Translations under genes and position numbers: made by a program
In this document: one piece after another, positions 12,001-17,310 of the stretch
How positions within the stretch are numbered: the stretch's first letter is position 1
How the letters are laid out: the number at the start of each line of letters is the position of its first letter
IMG/VR virus record: IMGVR_UViG_3300027708_000015
Source: a virus
Lineage: Duplodnaviria; Caudoviricetes
DNA length: 64,000 nt
Direction: 5' to 3' (one strand)
Notes under the pieces: model-generated
Told to the model about the DNA's origin: nothing
Database searches by the model: none
The model's input: the letters and a program-made list of their open reading frames with translations, nothing else

Positions 12001-13428
12001 GACTATGCCAGTCCGTCAAGCTATACCATTACTGCTACCAACGGCAGAACTACATTTTCTCTAGCAAAGATTGGAGGCGGTCAGGTAACAACGACAGTGG
12101 GGATTCCGGCCAACCTAACATATGTGTTGACAGCTGGTTCAGGATCTGTTCAAAATTATGTAAATCCAACCACATATGTTATTAGTGAGACCGACGGATC
12201 AACAACATTTACTCTAAAAACTCTATCTGGTAATGCCTTAGTAACTACCCAAGGAATTCCGGCCACAGCCTCTACAATTCCTACCGGATTGAAACTAGTA
12301 TTGGTATCTGGTACTATTGCTGGATACTCAGGAACACAAACTAGGTATTATATTTCAGCTACTAATGGATCGACAAGATTTACATTGTCGTCAACTTATC
12401 CAGCAGTAACTCCTATAGTTACCACTCTAGGCAGTATGTATGGCCAACAGTATAGTCTGAGCGGAGCAGGATTTAACAATTATCTCAATCCCACAAACTA
12501 TTATGTAGTTGACACAAACGGAACAAATCTAATTACTTTGTCCACAGCACCAAATGGATCTCCGATTGCTTCTGCAGTGGGAACACCTTCGGGACTGACA
12601 GCCAATGTGGTTATCAGTATTGTAACTTTGAATAGCAACGATGGCTTATCTACAGGACAAAAATTGGTTGTTACAGGTGAGGGCGGCGGCGGCCTAAAAC
12701 CGGGATCCTATTATATTGTTAACCCATCTGTGGGTCCAAATCAAGTCACACTGGCCAGCAGTCTTGCTCTAGCACAAGCAGACAAACCTATTAACACTCT
12801 AACCAGTTCCACGCTATCAAATACCACATTCAGCTCAGGCGGGCAGGATATTGGTATAGGATTTGTCCCAGACAATGCTGATCAAATTGATGTATTTGTT
12901 GGCGGATACAATACCACAATATGGGAACCCAACACCAAATACAGTATAGGACAGCTTGTTTCAACAGGTCCTTATACCTATCGATGCATAGTAGACCATA
13001 CTAGTTCAACAGCATTTGGTAAAGATCTTGCCAACTGGTATTTCTTTGTAGAAAATACACGATTGAAGAAATCTTCCTACAGTATATTTGATGTAAATAA
13101 AGCTCCTTATAGCCCAGCCGGTGACAGAGATTTCCCAGCAGATTTTATTGTTGACGGTGTTACAGCAACCGTTACACTAACAAATCCGCTAAGTCTTGGC
13201 ACACAGGTTACTGTGATTAAGAAGACAGGTATTGCCTGGGACGGCAATAAAAATGCTCCAGTTAACATACTAAATGATAGTAGTGCTATTGCTAATTTTA
13301 TCAAGGCAGCTCCTGGAATTTGGTACACTGAATACAAACAAATAAGTAATAGTACAATCAAAGGAAATTTTGACAATACTACTGTGTTATTTGACAATAA
13401 TAATACAATAACATTCGATCAAGGATAA
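1..13428 (+). CDS. Giant modular virion structural protein (baseplate/tail-associated), 5'-truncated by the window edge, >4470 aa
   Basis: Frame +1 has no stop from base 1 (LQKLNANKPNTAPYYFSDM...), so the true start lies upstream. Contains FG-GAP-like propeller repeats (FGSSLSIN, FGSNIVFG, LGSTIAIS, FGMGLSVS, FGNKLAFM, YGTGFAVG), aromatic W-x4-5-Y-x2-G repeats resembling CBM5/12 modules, GDGTT..F repeats and many T/S/G-rich beta modules. It sits directly upstream of tail-fibre genes. Confidence 0.8.
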   Translation, partial: LQKLNANKPNTAPYYFSDMVPYGASTTTNLEVVDYRIKTYPLTSVFSLDVLSNKAVGVYQTKIATGTKSQLVHGRDYTFSNQGFVVIDDSVSLSNGDTITTVEYDSTDGCYIPATPTKLGMWPAYVPQIYLDTTLVNPQNVIQGHDGSIILAYNDFRDDLILELELRIYNNIKVKYDPTIFDSTNIVPGYNRTNDYSLSEFNQVLAPAFYQWSGLVGIDFTLPLNYDRGNQFTFNYSQDVAPNQSPTPGFWRGIYRWMFDTDRPHLCPWEMLGFSTEPSWWSSVYGPAPYTSDNLVLWDDLSTGTVRKPGSASVVLSKYARPILKGHIPVDQDGHLLSPIRCGLARGSETPSIGNDFVFGDVSPVEATWRRSSYYPFSVIVASMLLTPASTFGLLLDRSRTVRNLAGQLVYSETNLRIKPADVMIPSVYSSATRVQTAGIVNYIVDLISNIIFSNNQESYKSYQSNLALLTAQLSYRVGAFTNQDQFNLLLESKTPSAIGNVFIPQESYKIFLNSSSPTQKITYSGVIITKLSTGFEIKGYSKTQPYFNYYEHIESGVTINVGGISESVVTWTRGQQYIVGQVVQYNNVYYRTKIKNTATLEFESKYFVALPSLPIVGGVSATFRDKWNQTSVKVAPYGKQFSTVQSVVDFLLGYEQYLISQGFVFNDFNKKLSSVANWSTSAKEFMFWTLQNWSSGNTVWTEWAPNQPYNYGTIVRYNGSYYSAQYNILALGQFEFEQWTLLPGLSNVGSSVISLSPAANGITFNTTLAVVDDIKNPFNRYEIFKVDSTPIHPNELDSYRIGNTITYSPRTADGIYCASFYLIQNEHVAIVDNMDIFNDVIYNPPSGYRRDRIKLSGYVTEGWYGGLDIPGFIFDGAKVQGWQPWQDYNMADIIAYQGYYYSANSFIAGSATFVSSQWNRLSKQPSAQLLPNWTNTATQFTDFYGLDIDNFNTQQQVFAQHLIGYQTRQYLHNIIQDPVSEFKFYQGMIRDKGTQNVLNHLFGVLNADKVESLMFYEEWAIRVGQYGASSAFEDFEVIIDQAQYKNNPQGYYLTNSSKSDVSYVINQLVPNDIYLKPLGYNSKPFPVLEKSNQLLRSAGYVNPKDITIQLGSLSEIVNYSVAALANGQYVSVAFSANTWNVYRFTDLQIRVLNVTYVLETKTLTITTQNLLPLMAGDYIGIAQVASITGFYQVASVSLNSFTVVSASALVVSAPFTQSGQVVVYALTPQRTTSIDTLDTVSLTHLQPGTLVWTDDSGNGKWAVWQYNSVYSTQNIPDVSPATNFNFGSSLSINSQSTILAVGDSQGSLLMYDKAGSSVPWIRRGSISAPFVSKSGPISLNQLATISALSADGTWLVTGSPTAGYASTTYRGVYNSSSTYAINSIVSVVNSTNNYSYYQAMKPVPASTPPTDRSYWFISPYIPVSQLLGTDSTLAGQGVVSIYLKDSNNNYSLVDTIISPLPAAGEQFGSNIVFGNNSLYIGAIGYNSGAGRVYKLSYITTPQVTTQYNPVGSSASTLAVSTTSGIRPGMIVQGTGFTKGQTVQAVLTTTTLRLSGSPDTGITPSGILNFVTKSWTYDWSENYIGTPSSALGSTIAISADATTLAIKSIGKVNIYKNTGSGMTMLPAVLGSDAYFGMGLSVSADGSYIAISNDTVGPVSQSGGVTIYYYTNGAYTQYQSLVNHRPETNGLFGNKLAFMSDDTIVVYSKNGDSQISTPFDNNTTTFDKRSTNFVTLEVNSGRVDIYDRYKTKWVFGESLISTNLPSDGYGTGFAVGTNQVVISAPNATDQTLASGLVYSYGKTADAYTWSQYQQQDLVADISKIKKAFLYNRKLGTLVTYLDIIDPLQGKIAGPAQEEISYQTFYDPASYSYSDGTTAATVDVDAFWEDLPIGQLWWNLATTKFLENNFEDPAYRTSAWNTLAKGASVDIYEWVSSNLLPANWDIQADTPAGLAKGISGKSLYGNSAYSVKQNYDNISKTFYSTYYYWVKNKLVVPSNVAGRHMASRDVALLIANPRAQAYTCLAITGADSFSLINASQYLKNTDVVLAIEYWTIDKTDQNVHSQWKLISNDTLVNLPLHIERKWIDSLCGVDSEGRLVPDPQLPAKLRYGIENRPRQGMFVNRIEALKQFIERVNLLLIGYQVTESKDITPLEGYDPIPNVLHGLYDKAVDTYAELVYANIGSFSSASVTPVIVSGSVVGIVIINSGKGYVNAPYITIAGSGKGAVVQSTINSLGQLTGAKIINGGEGYNINTLCSIRSYSVLVVSDETVNNTWSIYSYDTVTSIYSKVLTQSYDVRNYWTYADWYATGYSQFTAPDITVQNFVDLNTAQDTFFRLARNGIEQPGQLIKVLNGNAGKWVLLYRYSTKITVDWTQSYRVIGIQDGTIQFNSDLYKFAGTVIGYDSNIFDTADFDVQATKELRIILNTIKDKILIDDLKQQYLDLFLSSLHYAHSEQPFIDWAFKTSFIRATHTVGALNQPVNYPVDNLRNFQDYVAEVKPYRTKVREYISQYTGIDIDQSAVTDFDLQPNYSNNQIKPVEAVYSNNSISVVDPTIQTYPWKFWYDNVGFSITEILIVNGGSGYANIPQVIISAPTGSNAVPATAVAYIANGQVNRIVLTNVDQYGSAGKGYLSAPTITIDGGLEIGGVPATAVAIIGNGLVRSNLTELRFDRVNQTYYLANLQQIDKFTGSGSKLQFVLTWAPDIRVGQSSVTVNSIPVLRELYTLKVVKSTVSGYTQYTGTITFVTAPALNTAIVVTYNKSQSVLTAADRIQYYYNPTTGQLGKDLTQLMTGVDYGGVIVSGLGFNIAGGWGASPYLTDSWDSRPVTFNDYAVQVAGNTHVFTLPYTPATGTSINIYFARQKKVSYVSDGAKLLYAYDSALQNISVNVVSTSTTSAVTTSYITAEVISGTTVKSGGYTLLVADTTGIVSGMIVKGTGFTKNQKVVNVINSTTLTIDNVADGFPVNSEPLTFSNLPGSFILTVASTAGLAIGDVVTASGIYSTAFAYGTTITKINSSKSVTLNQILYATLAAGTTVTFTQNLIQPNDVVINASGTVQLLQAYPAGSVITVVGQQLPVRLDDPNYGLVATNNWVPGTQYAVNNLVLVDGISYVCRKVNTSGTKFNLDFALGYWSLINSNAIIPTPVLGVSVITSVIEGGAGGASLSITFAGSVVGGEAATIEDTVLDGGIINDSPTNVIEIPATFTVLEGDEFILREASSDGSVPTPDANYDSKIDGGNLAYSTATGIAADDIILDGDGFVTPTSSPATEEVMPGQVVDTLAIKVYDKSPSGAASIKVNSYLTDGVNKVFAIGQTPNSPRAVIVKLGSNIQTYTTDYTVDYSNKLIRFKNIPTVGQSVTVFSIGFNGKNILDLDYFIGDGTTTEFITRAPWLTSLTPLVYVNGVTAAVELFQTDTTYAFSHAVGLRFVTPPAIGTLINYIIVSGSQQTFAITKTEIVSTTGTSTYKLQYPIGKSLPNESSMIVRVDQSILQAPTNIYFTISNLNYKYTVDPAKALPYSTSIGNIYVYAGGNQLVFGNDYTIDPSGISVTITADVYTTYAGKQLVVSIISNNGYTYNPNSNEITFASGVIVGSSQTVEVVSNYLHETLDIQRTDVQYSASYTLTPGTVAFYQYNAIGGGLIRLDRPVIDAGYVWVIKNLVLLSPGADYKLNDDLQSIRLTQPISLSDNLEILTFSSNVLPSSGIAYMQFKDMLNRVTYRRLNANKKTSLVQALKWNDTQIVVSDASVLDQPNAANNNPGVIEIRGERIEYFQINYATNTLSQLRRGTLGTGVYNMNLEGSFVQNISSSEAIPYTDTTITGTILSSGLGVPRVTGSIISTTTKVDQPISSFSIESTTGLLKVTTGNYYVGQVIAVSGFPIHASLTGVTALNSTGQFSCIASPTSFLVGQSIIINSSTTNAILSNVSIIGTSGQFSCLSSPTPMIVGQQITMTGLVVVTQYLSGVIITDTNGGFSCTSSTVLLAPGQIVTISGTFGSGASVGSIIDYASPSSYTITATNGRTTFSLAKIGGGQVTTTVGIPANLTYVLTAGSGSVQNYVNPTTYVISETDGSTTFTLKTLSGNALVTTQGIPATASTIPTGLKLVLVSGTIAGYSGTQTRYYISATNGSTRFTLSSTYPAVTPIVTTLGSMYGQQYSLSGAGFNNYLNPTNYYVVDTNGTNLITLSTAPNGSPIASAVGTPSGLTANVVISIVTLNSNDGLSTGQKLVVTGEGGGGLKPGSYYIVNPSVGPNQVTLASSLALAQADKPINTLTSSTLSNTTFSSGGQDIGIGFVPDNADQIDVFVGGYNTTIWEPNTKYSIGQLVSTGPYTYRCIVDHTSSTAFGKDLANWYFFVENTRLKKSSYSIFDVNKAPYSPAGDRDFPADFIVDGVTATVTLTNPLSLGTQVTVIKKTGIAWDGNKNAPVNILNDSSAIANFIKAAPGIWYTEYKQISNSTIKGNFDNTTVLFDNNNTITFDQG

Positions 13429-13431
13429 GAT

Positions 13432-15945
13432 ATGACACAACAGATAATTGCCACAGGCTCAGCGGCAAATGACGGTACTGGGGATACACTTCGAAGTGCT
13501 GGTACAAAGATAAACGCTAATTTTTCGGAATTGTATGCTAACATTTATACATTGCCAACTGCACAACCTCCAGCAAACAATTTAGGTATACCGGTTGCAG
13601 GAAGACTAGGCGGAGTAATACCAGACGGTAATACGATTACTATCACAAACGGAGTTATCAGTGCTGTGTCGAGCGCGGCATCAGCTGGTGCATTAACCGG
13701 TACAGCGTTAAAATCAACAGTGGTCAGCTCAAGTCTAACCAGTGTTGGCACGCTGACAAGCCTAACAGTGAGTGGCACAACCACTTTGTCTACATCGCTT
13801 AACGGTTTGTTAAAAAGTACAAATGGTCTAGTATCCTCAGCAGTTGCAGGTACAGATTATCTAGTTCGAGGAAGCCTCAGCGTAGCAGTTGCTAGTAATA
13901 GTGGAGGCGGCAATTTAACTTACAGCAACGGTATCTTTACATTTACACCTCCGCTGATTCCAAATTACTCAGTAACAACTGCCACACCTAGCGGTGATGG
14001 CTCACTAAGCATAAGCGGAACAGTGTTTACATACACACCTTATAGTTTGCAACCAGCTACTACAGCTACACTAGGAGGTGTCAGAGTTGACGGTAGTAGC
14101 GTCACTATCAATAACGGTGTAATCAGTGTTAGTACAGGTCTAAGCGGCAGCATAAGTTTCAAAGGAACATGGAATGCAAGTACCAACACTCCTACCCTCA
14201 GCAGTAACCAAGTGGGCGCAAACGCAGGTTGGATGTACATTGTGGGCACCAGCGGAACCCAAAACTTAGGAGCTGGATCGTTTACCTATCAAGCAAGCGA
14301 TTTGCTAGTGTATGATGGTGTAAACTGGATTGATATTGCATCAAATAATGGTGTGGTATCATTCAATTCTAGAACCGGCGCAGTATTGTTGACCAGCAAT
14401 GACGTTACATCGGCATTGGGATACACTCCATTACGAACCAGCGACCTAAGTTCATATTTAACAGGGATTAGTCAAAGTCAAGTTACATCAGCATTGGGAT
14501 ATACCCCACTCCAGGCAAGTAGCCTAAGCATTGTAACAAATGCAGCCAGCGGATCTGGCAGTTTAAGTTATTCAAGCGGTGTATTTACATTTACACCTTA
14601 TGCTTTGCCAACAGCAAGCACCGCGGTGCTCGGTGGTGTTAAGATTGACAACAGTACAATCACAATCAGCAATGGAGTTATTTCTGTCAGCAGTGCGTTA
14701 ACCAGTGCCACACAATTTAAAGGCAACTGGGATGCAACTAATAACTCTCCGTTATTGGGTGGAAGTTTACCCGCTGGAGTTGTTGCTGGATGGGAATATA
14801 TTGTTAGCGTAGCTGGAACCAGAGATATAGGCAATGGAAGTACAGCATATTCTATTGGAGACTTGGTGATATATGATGGAGCCAAGTGGGTACGCATACC
14901 TGGCGGCAACGCTGTTACATCGTTTAATACACGTCAAGGTGCAATTTCATTGACTAGTAGTGATGTTACTACTGCACTGGGTTTTACACCTAGTGCATTA
15001 ATTGGTTCTTCTAGTATAACTACACTGGGCACCATTGCTACCGGAATTTGGAACGGTAGTGTGATTGCAGGACAGTACGGCGGCACTGGAGTAGCCAATA
15101 CTGGCAAGACAATTACGCTGGGCGGCAACTTAACTACTGCTGGTATTTTTACCACATCCGGCGCATTTACAACCACACTGACTGCCACATCTGATACCAC
15201 ATTGACTTTGCCAACTACTGGCACACTGGTCACACGAGCAGGCACAGAAACATTAACTAATAAAACACTTGGAGCCACCACAATTGCCGGCAGTTTAATT
15301 CCTGATACTGATATTACCTACGATCTCGGTTCCACCTCTTATAGATTCAGAGACCTATATCTAAGTGGAAGCTCAATTAAATTAGGCAGTGCAACTATAA
15401 CTTCTTCTGGTACCACATTGTCCATACCAGCATCAAGCACGTTGACAACGCCGGTAATTGCTAGTAATATTACAACGGCCAGTACAAGTTTTGATCTTGT
15501 TAATACAACTGCTACTACAGTAAACTTTGCTGGTGCGGCAACTGTTGCATTAAAGATTGGTGCCAGCGGTGCACCTATTACAGGATTTGCCGCAACAGCT
15601 ACATCAACAAGTACAGCCGCAAGTTTAGGTTACTTAGGTATGCCACAGCAGAGTAAATCAGGTGCCTACACAACAGTCATTGGTGATGCAGGTAAACACA
15701 TTTATGTAACAGCTACGGCAACTATTACCATTGACTCTAATGCCAACGTGGCTTATCCAATAGGCACAACTATTGCATTTATTGCGGCAGCTGGCGCAAC
15801 AGTGACTATCGCAATTACTTCAGACACAATGTATTTAGGTGGTACTGGCACAACAGGATCACGCACACTGGCTGCATATGGTATGGCCACTGCGGTCAAG
15901 GTTACTAGCACAAGCTGGTTTATCAACGGCACAGGATTAACATAA
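13432..15945 (+). CDS. Tail fibre / baseplate-attached fibre protein with internal tandem repeats
   Basis: N-terminal IATGSAANDGTGDTLRSAGTKINANFSELY resembles the T4 gp9/gp10-type attachment motif. Two FKGxW(N/D)A...YDG..W...VxSFNxRxGA...DVTxALGxTP repeats and a DITYDLGSTSYRFRDLYL motif are present. Confidence 0.75.
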   Translation: MTQQIIATGSAANDGTGDTLRSAGTKINANFSELYANIYTLPTAQPPANNLGIPVAGRLGGVIPDGNTITITNGVISAVSSAASAGALTGTALKSTVVSSSLTSVGTLTSLTVSGTTTLSTSLNGLLKSTNGLVSSAVAGTDYLVRGSLSVAVASNSGGGNLTYSNGIFTFTPPLIPNYSVTTATPSGDGSLSISGTVFTYTPYSLQPATTATLGGVRVDGSSVTINNGVISVSTGLSGSISFKGTWNASTNTPTLSSNQVGANAGWMYIVGTSGTQNLGAGSFTYQASDLLVYDGVNWIDIASNNGVVSFNSRTGAVLLTSNDVTSALGYTPLRTSDLSSYLTGISQSQVTSALGYTPLQASSLSIVTNAASGSGSLSYSSGVFTFTPYALPTASTAVLGGVKIDNSTITISNGVISVSSALTSATQFKGNWDATNNSPLLGGSLPAGVVAGWEYIVSVAGTRDIGNGSTAYSIGDLVIYDGAKWVRIPGGNAVTSFNTRQGAISLTSSDVTTALGFTPSALIGSSSITTLGTIATGIWNGSVIAGQYGGTGVANTGKTITLGGNLTTAGIFTTSGAFTTTLTATSDTTLTLPTTGTLVTRAGTETLTNKTLGATTIAGSLIPDTDITYDLGSTSYRFRDLYLSGSSIKLGSATITSSGTTLSIPASSTLTTPVIASNITTASTSFDLVNTTATTVNFAGAATVALKIGASGAPITGFAATATSTSTAASLGYLGMPQQSKSGAYTTVIGDAGKHIYVTATATITIDSNANVAYPIGTTIAFIAAAGATVTIAITSDTMYLGGTGTTGSRTLAAYGMATAVKVTSTSWFINGTGLT

Positions 15946-16646
15946 TGACTGGTATCATGATGCACAATATGAGCCACAAGGCTGGCCCGGCTCCTGCCAC
16001 AGTGGTTTATAATCTTGATGCGGCTAATTATTCTGCTATGCCTGCGAATGGAGTAACTATAACTGGCAGTTACACATTAACAGTCAGTAACACAAATTCA
16101 AGAATTAGTTGGAACGCGGTCAATGGCGGAGTGTTTAGAAGTGCCTATATTGGAGATGCCATGGGTGATTATATGTCCGGCGGGCCAAACTACAGCAACG
16201 GCAATCAAAGTTTTACAATATTCATAGCTTATAAGTTAGCTACATCAAGCTCAGGACGGTTGCTTAACACAGGCAACGAAGCCAATGGCGATTTTGTCAT
16301 GGGCGCATACAACGGTCGACCAAAAGTTTATTTTACTGCCGCTCAAAATATCAATTTGAGTGGTGCTACCGCAGACACAGTTTGGCATTTGGACTGGGCA
16401 ACATTTAACAAGACCACAGGTGTGGCTAACCTATATTCAGCTACCAGCGTACAGCCCACGACCTATACGTATACAGCAACCAATACTGCCATACGAGGCC
16501 CTAACCAATTGAGATTGTTTAATAGGCAAAGCGGTACTGAGGCACATCCAGCTGACATTGGCGTGATAAAGGTGTGGGATGGTGCCTTAACTTTGGCTCA
16601 GGTTCAGACTGAATATGCGGCCTATAAAACCCGATTTGGATATTAA
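15945..16646 (+). CDS. Concanavalin A/LamG-like lectin domain protein, probable receptor-binding partner of the upstream fibre
   Basis: VVYNLDAANYS start, SFTIFIAY, WHLDWATF and ADIGVIKVWDGALTLAQVQTEY motifs typical of LamG folds; start overlaps the fibre stop (TAATG). Confidence 0.65.
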   Translation: MTGIMMHNMSHKAGPAPATVVYNLDAANYSAMPANGVTITGSYTLTVSNTNSRISWNAVNGGVFRSAYIGDAMGDYMSGGPNYSNGNQSFTIFIAYKLATSSSGRLLNTGNEANGDFVMGAYNGRPKVYFTAAQNINLSGATADTVWHLDWATFNKTTGVANLYSATSVQPTTYTYTATNTAIRGPNQLRLFNRQSGTEAHPADIGVIKVWDGALTLAQVQTEYAAYKTRFGY

Positions 16647-16666
16647 ACTAGCACATTATGAAAACA

Positions 16667-16674
16667 GCTAAATA
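16667..16674 (+). promoter_or_regulatory. T4-like late promoter motif (GCTAAATA)
   Basis: Intergenic TAAATA core 20 nt before the 16695 start. Confidence 0.55.
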
Positions 16675-16694
16675 CAAGATAAAGAGAGTTAACT

Positions 16695-17300
16695 ATGCAT
16701 AAAGATCAAACTGGAGTCCATATTGAAGGTCATATCAAGATATATGATCCTGAATCTAAAGAAGTTTACATCAATAAACGCAATGCAATCCACTACGAAA
16801 ATATGAGTATTGCTTTGGCCAATACCATGATCAACAACGGTCAAGGCTACATATATCAAATGGCCTTTGGCAACGGTGGAACCAGCATTGATCCTACCGG
16901 AATCATTACATATCTAACTCCTAATTCAAGCGGAACTAATGCCAGTCTTTACAATCAAACATATACCAAAGTTGTAGATGGCACAGCCAGTACCAACATG
17001 GACGCAACACGCAATTTCACAGAAGTGCGTCATGTAACTGGAACAAACTACAGCGATATATTTGTGACCTGCTTGTTGGATTATGGCGAGCCTAGCGGTC
17101 AATCTGCTTTCGACACCACAATCAACGGCGAAACAACATTTGTATTTGACGAACTAGGGTTACAAAGTTACAGCCCAACAGGCAATAATTTATTACTAAC
17201 ACATGTGATATTCCATCCTGTGCTAAAGAGTTTAAATCGTTTGATACAGATCGATTACACAGTGCGTATACAAAGCCTTACTGGCTTGGTAAATGTTTAA
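16695..17300 (+). CDS. Conserved virion structural protein (tail/baseplate-associated)
   Basis: 201-aa ORF in the structural operon, preceded by a GCTAAATA late-like motif; FDELGL...THVIFHPVLKSLNRLIQIDYTVRI C-terminus. Confidence 0.55.
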   Translation: MHKDQTGVHIEGHIKIYDPESKEVYINKRNAIHYENMSIALANTMINNGQGYIYQMAFGNGGTSIDPTGIITYLTPNSSGTNASLYNQTYTKVVDGTASTNMDATRNFTEVRHVTGTNYSDIFVTCLLDYGEPSGQSAFDTTINGETTFVFDELGLQSYSPTGNNLLLTHVIFHPVLKSLNRLIQIDYTVRIQSLTGLVNV

Positions 17301-17310
17301 GGGGCTATAG

